A DNA stretch of 64,000 nucleotides, taken from NCBI GenBank assembly GCA_964408805.1, contig CAYPAV010000016.1, positions 23,006 through 87,005 of the forward strand, read 5' to 3'. Shown here piece by piece: positions 41,188 through 50,407 of this stretch (positions are counted from its first letter, which is position 1; the number at the start of each line of letters is the position of its first letter). Below the pieces are notes generated by a model, which worked only from the letters and a program-made list of their open reading frames with translations, made no database searches and had not been told where the DNA came from. This DNA comes from an uncultured Rhodospirillaceae bacterium (GTDB lineage: Bacteria > Pseudomonadota > Alphaproteobacteria > UBA8366). Position numbers and translations under genes: made by a program.

Positions 41188-41211
41188 GGGCGGGGCGGCT
41201 TCGCGACCCGC

Positions 41212-42444
41212 CTAGCCGAAATCGCCGGGAACCGTTTCGCCCGCCGCGACGCCCTCGCCGGCCGGTGAGAAAAGCTTGATCTCGTTGCCGACACCGCGGA
41301 GCGCGTGTTTGCCGAGGGAGTGCCAGTCGCCGTCGAGGTGGCGGGCCACCTCCTCCGAGACCAGGAAGTTGGCGCCGAGGAGCTTGGTCATACCTTCGAT
41401 GCGGGCGGCCTCGTTCGCGGCGGCGCCGATGACGCTGAACTCGATGCGTTCGGGCGTGCCGATATTGCCGTACATGACATCGCCGAGATGAAGCCCGATG
41501 CCGAAGCCGAGCTCGACCTCGCCCGCCTCGCGCCGCGCCGCATTCACCGTCGCCATCCGCGCCGCCGCGTCCTTCGCCGCGCGGGCGGCCTGGTTGCAGG
41601 TCTCGGCGTAGCTGGCCCGTTCGCGGTCGATCGGGAAGATCGCCAGCACCGCGTCGCCGATATAGCGCAGGACCTCGCCGCCGCCGTCGAGCACGGCCCC
41701 CGCCATGAATTCGAAATAGACGTTGAGGAGGGCCAGGAAATCGGCCCGCGGCATGCTGTCCGCCAAAGGCGTCGAGCCGCGGAGGTCCGAGAACCAGATG
41801 ACCGCGTGGATATCCTCGCCGTCGCCGCGCTTGATCTTGCCGGCCAGTACCTTCTCGCCCGATTGCCGGCCGAGATAGGCATCGAGCAGGTTCCGCGACA
41901 CCCGCCGGAGCGCCATCACCTCGGCGAGCCGCGAGAGCGCGGGTCGGATGCGCCGGAGTGCTGTCAGCTCATCCGCAGTGAAGCCGCCCTCCTGCTTGGT
42001 GGCGAAGCTCGCCGAGTGAACCTGCCCGTCGGTGAAGTCGAGCGGCATCATCAAATAGTCGGTGATGCCGTCCGCCCGAAAATCGTCCAGCATCGGAAAA
42101 TCGTCGGGGCAGTCGGGATCGTGGAGCGGGCGATGGATCTCCTCTCCGGTCTCCGCGACGCGCGCCACCGGGTTCCGCTTGAACTCATCCATGTCGAGCA
42201 CGCTGTAGGGCGCCTCGCCGATCTCGACCTCGGCCGCCCCGCGCCGCCAGAAGAAGGCGCGGCCCATGACATTGGGATGCAGCGTGGCCACGAAGACCGC
42301 GGTCCGGTCGAGGGGAAGGCCGCACCCGACGAGCTTCTCCGACAGACGCAGCAGGATATCCTGCGAGAGCGGCGCCCCCGGCGCCCCCGCCACCAGCCAA
42401 TCGACCACGCTTTCGACATCCGGCATCGGTTCAACACCCTCCAT
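41212..42444 (-). CDS. Class III adenylate/guanylate cyclase with N-terminal GAF-like domain
   Basis: WFSDLRGST, YIGDAVLA, GIGLHLGDV.YGNIG and N..AR.E. Confidence 0.9.
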   Translation of the reverse strand: MEGVEPMPDVESVVDWLVAGAPGAPLSQDILLRLSEKLVGCGLPLDRTAVFVATLHPNVMGRAFFWRRGAAEVEIGEAPYSVLDMDEFKRNPVARVAETGEEIHRPLHDPDCPDDFPMLDDFRADGITDYLMMPLDFTDGQVHSASFATKQEGGFTADELTALRRIRPALSRLAEVMALRRVSRNLLDAYLGRQSGEKVLAGKIKRGDGEDIHAVIWFSDLRGSTPLADSMPRADFLALLNVYFEFMAGAVLDGGGEVLRYIGDAVLAIFPIDRERASYAETCNQAARAAKDAAARMATVNAARREAGEVELGFGIGLHLGDVMYGNIGTPERIEFSVIGAAANEAARIEGMTKLLGANFLVSEEVARHLDGDWHSLGKHALRGVGNEIKLFSPAGEGVAAGETVPGDFG

Positions 42445-42610
42445 GATCGTGCCGTCACGATAGCGGGATTCACGGGCTCCGTGAACCGCGCCGATCCGTC
42501 ACGATGGTTTGAGAGCGCGTGATCCGACAATCGATTGAACGGTAACGAGATACGGCGTAGCTTTCCTTATCGCGGCAACGCGCTCTAAATACGTCGGACT
42601 GGACATAACA

Positions 42611-43225
42611 ATGCCAACACATCGTTTCTTTCTCGTCCTCTGCTTCCTCGCGATCGCCGCCGCCCCGGCCGCCGCGAAGGATGTTCGGACTATGGTGCTC
42701 GCGGGCGGGTGTTTTTGGTGTGTAGAGGCCGATTTCGACAAGGTGCCGGGGGTGCTCGGCACGGTGTCGGGCTATGCGGGCGGGCATACGAAGGGTCCGA
42801 CGTATAAACAGGTGACCGCGGGCGGGACCGGGCATTTGGAAGTGGTGCGGATCGCCTACGATGCGGACAAGGTCTCGTTCGAGCGGCTGCTCCATGTCTT
42901 CTGGCGCAGTATCGATCCGACCGACGGTGGCGGGCAGTTCTGCGATCGGGGCGAGAGCTATACGACGGCGGTCTTCGTTGCGAACGCGGCCGAGCGCGCA
43001 GCGGCGGAGGCCTCCAAGCAAAAGATCGACGCGTCGGGCGTCTTGGGGAAGCCGATCGCGACGCGAATCCTCGAGGCCGGTCCCTTCTATCCGGCGGAGG
43101 ACTATCACCAGGATTTTTATCGGACGAACCCGATCCGCTACAACTTATACCGCTTCAATTGCGGACGCGACCGGCGGATCGCCGGGCTCTGGGGTGCGGA
43201 GGCGCATTCGGGGATTTCGCATTAG
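42611..43225 (+). CDS. msrA: Peptide methionine sulfoxide reductase A (exported)
   Basis: GGCFWCVE, GYAGG, GH.EVV, GQFCDRG and AEDYHQ. N-terminal Sec signal. Confidence 0.95.
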   Translation: MPTHRFFLVLCFLAIAAAPAAAKDVRTMVLAGGCFWCVEADFDKVPGVLGTVSGYAGGHTKGPTYKQVTAGGTGHLEVVRIAYDADKVSFERLLHVFWRSIDPTDGGGQFCDRGESYTTAVFVANAAERAAAEASKQKIDASGVLGKPIATRILEAGPFYPAEDYHQDFYRTNPIRYNLYRFNCGRDRRIAGLWGAEAHSGISH

Positions 43226-43273
43226 AGAGGGGGGCCGGGCGCGCAACTTTGAGCGCGGCGCCTTCTCTCCCCC

Positions 43274-44896
43274 CTACCCCAGCAACCGTTTCGCGTCGTC
43301 GCGGAGATCGACCTTTCTGATCTTGCCGGACGCGGTCATCGGGAATTCCTCGACGAAGACCACGCGGCGGGGGATCTTGAAGCTCGCCACCTTGCCGCGG
43401 CAGAGCGCGATGACCCCGTCCTCGTCGATCTCCGCACCCGGTGCCCGTTGCACGAAGGCGACCGGCACCTCGGTCAGGCGTTCGTCCGGAAAGCCGACGA
43501 CGGCGATCTCGTGGATCGCGGGGTCCTCCAGCAGATATCCCTCCACCTCCATCGGGTCGACGTTCTCGCCGCCCACCTTCAGCATGTCCTTGTAGCGCCC
43601 GAGGAAGCGGAAATAGCCGTCGTCGAGCCAGATCGCGGTGTCGCCGGACCGGAACCAGCCGTCCCCGTCGAAGCTGGCGGCGGTCTCCTCGGGTTTCTTG
43701 TAGTAGCCGAGCATCAGGCTGAACCCCCGGACCAGGATCTCGCCCGGCTCGCCCGGCGGCCGTTCGGCGCCGGTCTCGGGGTCGACGATCCGGATCTCGA
43801 AGCCGGGGCCGGGGTAGCCCGAGGTTTCGCAGCGCCGGGTCTCGTCGTCGTCGAGAAAGCAGAGCCCCGCGCCGAGCCAGATTTCGGTCATGCCGAAGCC
43901 GGAGATCGACGTCATGGGGGCGAGCACCTTGGACCCCCGCCGGCAAATCGGCGTGGCGCTATGCATGCCGGCCGCGAAGATGCCGACGCGGAGGCTGTCG
44001 ATATTGCGGGGACGGCCTTCCTGGGCCTCGGTCAGGCCCTTCATATGGGCCTCGAAGCCGTGCATGATCGTCACCCCTTCCCGCTCCACCAGATCGAGGC
44101 ATTCGTCGGGTTCGAAGGTCTCGGTGACGACCTGCCGCGCCCCGGTCAGGACCGACATCATCATCCCCTCGGAGTAGCCGAAGGCATGGAACATGGGGAG
44201 ATAGTTCAGAATGGTGTCGTTCGACGTGATCCCCATGATGAAGGCGCGTTCCTCGATATTGCGGATCAGTTTGTGGCTGTGCATGGCACCCTTAGGGAAC
44301 CCGGTCGTGCCCGAGGTGTACATGATCAGGAAGGGATCGTCGGGATCGACCGACGCGGCGCGGCTTTGAAGCGCTTCGTCGCCGATGTCACGGCCGCCCG
44401 CACGCAGGTTCTCCCAAGAGACGAACCCGTCCTCGGCCGTCTCGCCGAGGATCACCAGGCGGCGCATCTCCGGAAAGTCGGGGTCTTCGATATCGGCGCC
44501 CGAGTTGGGCAGGTCGATGACCTCGCGTACGATCCCGAGATAGTCGATCGGCCCCGAGCGGTCGTGGGTGATCAGCATGACGCTGTCCGACTGTCCTGCC
44601 ACATAGTCGAGATCGTTGGTACGAAAGCGCGTGTTCACGGGAACCTGCACGGCGCCGATCTTGGCCAGCGCCAGGCTGATGAACATCCATTCCGCACAAT
44701 TGTTCAGCCAGAGTGCTACGTGCTCGCCGCGCTCTATTCCCTGGGCCATCAGCCCCTTCGCCGTCAGATCGACCTCGGCCGCCAGTTGGGCATAGGAATA
44801 GCGTTCGTCCCGGAAGACGAGGGCCTCGGCATCGCCGTGCCGCCGGGCCGCCCGATCCGCCAGATCGCCGAACCTGCTTTTCTCGTACCAGTCCAT
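43274..44896 (-). CDS. Acyl-CoA synthetase / AMP-binding enzyme
   Basis: YTSGTTGFPKG, GFGMTE, SGD, GRYKDM.K.GGENV and TASGKI.K. Confidence 0.93.
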   Translation of the reverse strand: MDWYEKSRFGDLADRAARRHGDAEALVFRDERYSYAQLAAEVDLTAKGLMAQGIERGEHVALWLNNCAEWMFISLALAKIGAVQVPVNTRFRTNDLDYVAGQSDSVMLITHDRSGPIDYLGIVREVIDLPNSGADIEDPDFPEMRRLVILGETAEDGFVSWENLRAGGRDIGDEALQSRAASVDPDDPFLIMYTSGTTGFPKGAMHSHKLIRNIEERAFIMGITSNDTILNYLPMFHAFGYSEGMMMSVLTGARQVVTETFEPDECLDLVEREGVTIMHGFEAHMKGLTEAQEGRPRNIDSLRVGIFAAGMHSATPICRRGSKVLAPMTSISGFGMTEIWLGAGLCFLDDDETRRCETSGYPGPGFEIRIVDPETGAERPPGEPGEILVRGFSLMLGYYKKPEETAASFDGDGWFRSGDTAIWLDDGYFRFLGRYKDMLKVGGENVDPMEVEGYLLEDPAIHEIAVVGFPDERLTEVPVAFVQRAPGAEIDEDGVIALCRGKVASFKIPRRVVFVEEFPMTASGKIRKVDLRDDAKRLLG

Positions 44897-45012
44897 CTAT
44901 GGGCCCCTCCCGCCGCACTCATCTTGATCGGTTATCGCATTATCGTCGAAGTCTTCGCATAATTGAAATACGCGAGCGCGGAAAACATGGCAGAGAAGAG
45001 AGGGCAACCGCA

Positions 45013-45582
45013 ATGTCGATGTATCATGAAGGCCACCGCGCCTTGCAGGACAGATATGAAGGGCGCCGGGTCGCCGATCGGATCGAGCAGCACCGAAAGC
45101 ATTTCGAGTTCACCGAGGAAGACAAGGCTTTCATCGAATCCGTGCCGTTCTTCTTTCTCGCCTCGGCCTGGGGCGATGCCGTCGATTGCTCGATGAAGGG
45201 CGGCGAACCGGGGTTCGTCCGCGTCACCAGCCCCCGGGAACTCGCTTGGCCCGACTATGACGGCAACCGGATGTATCGTAGCCTCGGCAATATCGAAAAG
45301 AACCCGAAGGTGGGACTGCTGTTTCTCAAATTCGATGCCGAGAGCACCCGCATCCGGCTGACTGGCAGCGCCAAAATCGACGAGGACGCGGCCGCGATTG
45401 CCAGCCTGCCGGGCGCCAAGCGGCTGATTCGGGTCACCGCCGACTACATTTATTACAACTGCCCGCGCTACATCCCGGAGATGGAAATGGTCACCCCCTC
45501 AGCCCACGGCCCGCGTCCCGACTACACCCCGCCCGAGCCCGAATGGAAGAGCCGCGACTACATCAAGGACGTGCTCGACTGA
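45013..45582 (+). CDS. Pyridoxamine 5'-phosphate oxidase-like FMN-binding protein
   Basis: FFFLAS, DCS.KGG.PGFV and PDYDGN.MY.SLGNI..NPKVGLLF. Confidence 0.88.
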   Translation: MSMYHEGHRALQDRYEGRRVADRIEQHRKHFEFTEEDKAFIESVPFFFLASAWGDAVDCSMKGGEPGFVRVTSPRELAWPDYDGNRMYRSLGNIEKNPKVGLLFLKFDAESTRIRLTGSAKIDEDAAAIASLPGAKRLIRVTADYIYYNCPRYIPEMEMVTPSAHGPRPDYTPPEPEWKSRDYIKDVLD

Positions 45583-45672
45583 GTGTTCGACTCATCCGCC
45601 TCGCGCCGCGAAATATCGGATTAGCGTCAAAGTCTTAGATTTTCTTAATCCTTGCGTGCTATTCATTCGCGC

Positions 45673-45828
45673 ATGCAAAAGCTTCTTTGTCTCCTCGGGG
45701 CTCATTCCTGGTTTTTTTATGAGGAATTGAGCATGAAAGGCGGGACCACTCGCGTCTTCAAGAAATGCGATTCCTGCGGCAACAAGACGCAAATCCCGGA
45801 TCGTCGAAAAAATTCTCGAAAAAAATAG
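45673..45828 (+). CDS. Uncalled 51-aa putative Zn-binding micro-protein (C-x4-H...C-x2-C)
   Basis: Manual translation: MQKLLCLLGAHSWFFYEELSMKGGTTRVFKKCDSCGNKTQIPDRRKNSRKK. It fills an otherwise empty intergenic gap. Confidence 0.55.
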   Translation: MQKLLCLLGAHSWFFYEELSMKGGTTRVFKKCDSCGNKTQIPDRRKNSRKK

Positions 45829-45864
45829 GCCCGTGGCCGAAGGGGCGTCGCCGGAAGCGCTCAG

Positions 45865-46656
45865 CTAATAATTAACGGAATTCGCCGAGCCGCCATCTAC
45901 GGCGATCGACTGGCCGGTCACGATATCGGCGAGCGGAGAACAGAAGAAAAGCGCCGCGGCCGCGATATCCTCGGGCTCGATCAAGCGTCCCATGGGAATC
46001 TCCGCCACGGTATCCGCCTCTATGTCGGCGACGTCGATTCCGGCATCGCGGGCGCGTCGTTCGAAATTCCCCATCATCCGTTCGGTGGCGGTAAAGCCGG
46101 GATGAACGCAATTGATGGTGATGTTATGAGCCGCGACCTGACCGGCCAACTGCTTGGTGAAATTGGCAACACCCGCATTGACGATCCCGTTGGTGACGCG
46201 AAGCGGTGCCGCGATCCTGGCCGTCATGCCGCCGATATTGACGATCCGGCCCCAGCCGCGCGCCTTCATGTGGACCAACGCCTCCCGCGCACACCGGATA
46301 TAGGCCAACAACTTGACGTCGATGTGATATTGCCAATCCGCGTCGCTCTGTTCGTCAAAGGGGGCGCTCCGCGACGTGACCGCGTTATTGACCAGAATAT
46401 CGATCCGGCCGCCCGCGGCGGCGGATTCGGTGACGAAGCGCTCGAGATTCTCCGGCCGACTCACATCCGCCACCATCGGCCAGGCCTCGACCCCGTGTTC
46501 TCGGATGTCCGCCGCGGTCGCCTCCAGCGTCTCCGCAGTGCGCCCGCAGAGTGCCACATGGGCGCCTTCCGCTGCCAAGGCGAGGGCGATGGCCCGGCCT
46601 ATTCCTCGGCTGCCGCCCGTTACCAGCGCGACACGATCCCGCAATTCGAAATCCAT
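45865..46656 (-). CDS. SDR oxidoreductase, atypical (no YxxxK)
   Basis: VTGGSRGIG, LVNNA and IAVDGG. The catalytic position reads NGIVN. Confidence 0.88.
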   Translation of the reverse strand: MDFELRDRVALVTGGSRGIGRAIALALAAEGAHVALCGRTAETLEATAADIREHGVEAWPMVADVSRPENLERFVTESAAAGGRIDILVNNAVTSRSAPFDEQSDADWQYHIDVKLLAYIRCAREALVHMKARGWGRIVNIGGMTARIAAPLRVTNGIVNAGVANFTKQLAGQVAAHNITINCVHPGFTATERMMGNFERRARDAGIDVADIEADTVAEIPMGRLIEPEDIAAAALFFCSPLADIVTGQSIAVDGGSANSVNY

Positions 46657-46879
46657 TCGATCCCTCCGACGTCGAGTGTTGAGCGTCCCATCGAACCTTC
46701 AGAATGTCGCACCCATCACCGATCGTCCATGGCGAGGATGCTCACGAAAATTTGAATTCAAGATATTCGATGGATACCGACGGTATTTCCAATTTGTTAA
46801 CGATTCACGTTCAGGATGAGACCTGCCTGGTATCCGGATAGGCGCCGATAAGAGCGTTCGGGCAGATGGGACCACGCCG

Positions 46880-49231
46880 ATGGAAAACAGATCGAAAGCG
46901 GAACTCGTCGAGGAATTGGAGCGGCTGCGGCGCCGCGTGCAAGAATTGGAAGACGGTCGCCGCGATGCTTCCGACCCGGGTTTTCTGTCGGATGCGATCG
47001 AAGGACTCGACGCGGGCCTCGCCTATTACGATCAAGATGATCGATTGGTTTATCACAATCGACGGTTTCTCGATTTCACCACCGGCATCCGCGACCTGAT
47101 CAAGCCCGGGGTCACTTTCGAGACACTGCTTCGCGCGCGGATCGACCGAGGTCAAAATCGGGTGATCGGCGATCAAGAAGAATGGGTCCAAGAGCGGCTT
47201 CGCCGGTTCCGTTTCCCGGAAGGCCCGATCGAGAGATTCCACGAAGGCCGATGGATACGAATGGAGGAACGCGTCACGGCCAACCGCGGCGTCGTGAGTA
47301 TCCGTACCGATATTCACGACCGGAAGCTGGAACAGGAGGCGTATTCCCGCGCCCGCGAGGCGGTCCGGGAAAGCGAGAAACTACTTCAGGATTTCTTCCG
47401 AAATTCGCCTGCGACGATTTCCATCAAGGACACGGATGGACGTTACCTGGTGGTCAATGAAGGATTCGAACAACTCGTCGGCAAACCGGCCAAAGACGTG
47501 ATCGGCAAGACGCTCCACGAACTGGTAGAGGAAGAATACGCGGCGGAAACAAAGACGCGGGATCGCTTGACGCTGGAGCAAACCGAGCCGATCGTCGCCG
47601 ACAAACTAATAACGGATGCCACCGGCCAAACGCACATTTTCAACTCGACGAAATTCCCGATCAGCAACATCGGGGGTGGGATCGTCGGCGTGGGTTCCAT
47701 CGGCTACGACGTGACCGAATTGCGGGCGTCGATGGAAGCGCTACGCCATTCCGAGGAGAAACTGGCGCGTCTCCTGGACATCAGCCCGGATGCCATCATC
47801 TCAGTCGACAAGGACCACCGGATCCAGCTCTTTAATCAAGGCGCCGTCAGTATCTTTGGATACGGCGAAAGCGAGGTGCTGGCCCAGCCGTTGGAAATGT
47901 TGCTTCCGGAACGATTTCGAAACAAGCACCGGGACCATCTGGAGAACTTCGCCCGTTCATCGACGGGGACGCGGCAGATGTCCGAGCGTGGGGCGATTTC
48001 GGGCTTGCGGAAGGACGGTACCGAATTCCCGGCCGAAGCGTCGATCTCGGTCCTCGAAGAAGAGGACGGACCGACATTCAGCGTTACCTTGCGGGACATC
48101 AGCGAGCGCAAACGGGCGGAGGATAGCCTTCGCGAAAGTGCCGAGAGTTATCGCAACCTGATCGACTTCCTGCCCGTATCTGTCACGGTTCAAGAGGCGG
48201 GAACGATCGTCTTCGTCAATGATCGCGCGAATGAACTTTATGGTGTGCAGCCGCCTGACAGCCTGATCGGAACCCAGGTCGAAAATCTGGTCCATCCCGA
48301 TGAACGGGCGGGATTCCAGGACCGATACGACAGGATTTTTGACGGCGAAGGACCAATCCCCCTCGTCGAGCAACGTCGAGTGCGCCGCGACGGGACGGAG
48401 ATCTATGTAGAGGCGCAACCGACCCGGATCGAATGGAACGGGAAGCCGGCGATTTTGGGTGTCCAGATCGACATCACCGAACGACAACAGGCCGAGGAAG
48501 ACCGCCGTCTCGCCTTGATTCAGGCCGAACAGGCCAATCAGGCGAAGTCGGAGTTCCTGGCGACAATGAGCCATGAACTACGCACACCGCTCAATGCCAT
48601 TATCGGATTTTCGGAGATGCTGGTCGGGCAAATGTTCGGTGCGCTCGGCTCGGCGAAATATCTCGAATATGCCAATGACATCCATGACAGCAGCGAGCAT
48701 TTGCTTCATCTCGTCAACGACATCCTCGACCTCACGGCGATCGAGGCGAGAAAACTTCATTTGGCGAAGGAGGCGCTGAATGTTGGAGATATTGTCGCGG
48801 ACTGCACGCCCGTTCTGAACGATGCGACGAGCCGCCGGAACATCATATACGCAATCGACGTCCCGGATGATTTGCCATCGCTCCAGGCGGACCGGCGCGC
48901 CCTCAAGCAAATCATGCTCAATATCCTCGCCAACGCGGTCAAGTTCACGCCGGACGGCGGCCAAATCGCGCTCAAAATCGATGTCTCGGATGGTCACCAT
49001 TCAATCGAGATCAGCGACACCGGGAAGGGCATTTCAGCGGGAAATCTACCCAATCTCACCGACCCCTTCGTGCGCGTGGAGACCGACCCCTATAAGTCGC
49101 AGGACGGGCCCGGTCTCGGCCTGGCGATCGTGAAGTCGTTGGTGGACCTCCACGACGGCACGTTGGATATCAAGAGCGAACTCGGTTCGGGAACGGCCGT
49201 CACGGTGACGCTGCCGAGCGCGCCCGCTTAG
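46880..49231 (+). CDS. Cytoplasmic multi-PAS sensor histidine kinase (PleC/DivJ/PdhS-like HisKA)
   Basis: Four PAS-like repeats, FLATMSHELRTPLNAIIGFS, N-box NAVKFT, DTGKGI and GLGL. No TM segment. Confidence 0.92.
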   Translation: MENRSKAELVEELERLRRRVQELEDGRRDASDPGFLSDAIEGLDAGLAYYDQDDRLVYHNRRFLDFTTGIRDLIKPGVTFETLLRARIDRGQNRVIGDQEEWVQERLRRFRFPEGPIERFHEGRWIRMEERVTANRGVVSIRTDIHDRKLEQEAYSRAREAVRESEKLLQDFFRNSPATISIKDTDGRYLVVNEGFEQLVGKPAKDVIGKTLHELVEEEYAAETKTRDRLTLEQTEPIVADKLITDATGQTHIFNSTKFPISNIGGGIVGVGSIGYDVTELRASMEALRHSEEKLARLLDISPDAIISVDKDHRIQLFNQGAVSIFGYGESEVLAQPLEMLLPERFRNKHRDHLENFARSSTGTRQMSERGAISGLRKDGTEFPAEASISVLEEEDGPTFSVTLRDISERKRAEDSLRESAESYRNLIDFLPVSVTVQEAGTIVFVNDRANELYGVQPPDSLIGTQVENLVHPDERAGFQDRYDRIFDGEGPIPLVEQRRVRRDGTEIYVEAQPTRIEWNGKPAILGVQIDITERQQAEEDRRLALIQAEQANQAKSEFLATMSHELRTPLNAIIGFSEMLVGQMFGALGSAKYLEYANDIHDSSEHLLHLVNDILDLTAIEARKLHLAKEALNVGDIVADCTPVLNDATSRRNIIYAIDVPDDLPSLQADRRALKQIMLNILANAVKFTPDGGQIALKIDVSDGHHSIEISDTGKGISAGNLPNLTDPFVRVETDPYKSQDGPGLGLAIVKSLVDLHDGTLDIKSELGSGTAVTVTLPSAPA

Positions 49232-50256
49232 AGGCCTTCGCGCACGCGCGGGATCACCGCCTCCGCAAACAGCTGCATCGTCTCCAGCGACAATGATTTC
49301 GGCATGCCCGCCCATTCCAGGCTGAGGACCAAGTGATTGACCCCGATCTTCGCATTGAGATCGAGAATTTGCGCGGCGACTTCGTCGGGCGAGCCCAGCA
49401 AGAACCGGTCTCCGATCAGATCGTCGAAATCCTGACCTAGATTGTTGTCGCCCTCGGGCATCTCCTTGCTCTGGCCCCATTGGTGATAGGCCTTGTATTT
49501 CTTTTCGAGATAGGGACGGCAGAGACGAATGGCCTCCTCTCGGGTCGCCGCAACGAAGGCCTCGCGCCGCATCGGCAATTCGCCGGGGAAGGGTTTTCCG
49601 GCCTCGTCGAGGGCGCGTTTGTAGATCTCCATTTGGCGAATGATGGTCTCGATCTGGCTATGCGGGTTGATATACCAGCAATCGCCCATCCGGGCCGCCC
49701 GCGCCAATGCCGCGTCCGCATTCGCCCCGATCCAGATCGGCGGATGCGGGTCCTGCAAGGGTTTCGGCAGACAGGTGGCACCGTTCAACTCGAAATGCGC
49801 GCCCTTCATGTCGACCGCATCCTCGGTCCACAGACGCTTGATCGCGATCAGGTTCTCCTCGAAGCGCTTGCCGCGTTGGTTTTTCGGCGACCCGAAGGCA
49901 TCGAACTCGACATCGCGGTAACCGAGGGCGGCACCGAAGATCAGCTTCCCCCCGCACATGATGTCGAGGGTGGCGAGCTGCTCGGCGATATCGAGCGGCT
50001 TGTGAAGCGAGAGCAGGATGATCCCCGCATTGAGCCGCACATTCGGCGCCTCGGCCGAAAGGCGCGCCAGGATCGGCAATTGCTGAAAGGCCTGAAATGG
50101 GGCGGTGCTGTAATGACTTCCCTTGGTCAGCGTATCATAACCGAGCTCGTCGGCCCGCCGCGCCAAGGCACAGAGCTCCTCGAAACGCGCATGGATATCG
50201 TCTTCCCTCGGGTATTGGCCCCGCAGCATCAATCCGAACTGAAAGTCTTTCGCCAC
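49228..50256 (-). CDS. LLM class flavin-dependent oxidoreductase
   Basis: ADELGYD, AEQLATLD..GG.LIFG.ALGYR..EF, PPIWIGA and GSPDEVA. Confidence 0.9.
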   Translation of the reverse strand: MAKDFQFGLMLRGQYPREDDIHARFEELCALARRADELGYDTLTKGSHYSTAPFQAFQQLPILARLSAEAPNVRLNAGIILLSLHKPLDIAEQLATLDIMCGGKLIFGAALGYRDVEFDAFGSPKNQRGKRFEENLIAIKRLWTEDAVDMKGAHFELNGATCLPKPLQDPHPPIWIGANADAALARAARMGDCWYINPHSQIETIIRQMEIYKRALDEAGKPFPGELPMRREAFVAATREEAIRLCRPYLEKKYKAYHQWGQSKEMPEGDNNLGQDFDDLIGDRFLLGSPDEVAAQILDLNAKIGVNHLVLSLEWAGMPKSLSLETMQLFAEAVIPRVREGL

Positions 50257-50407
50257 GATCGGCCTCCCACTGTCTCACCGTCGGTCCTTGAATTGAGCTG
50301 TATCGCGCGCCGGGTGCGACCAGCCCGGATTTTGTTCGAGTTCGTGGCGGAAATTGATTTCCATCTTGCCTATGATCCTTGCACATTGGCGAGCGGAGGT
50401 GGATCGA

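Noticed and set aside
45592-45792. 66-aa minus-strand ORF in the track
   Set aside because: TTG start, no motif, and it overlaps the + strand 51-aa C-x4-H/CxxC ORF, which looks more protein-like.
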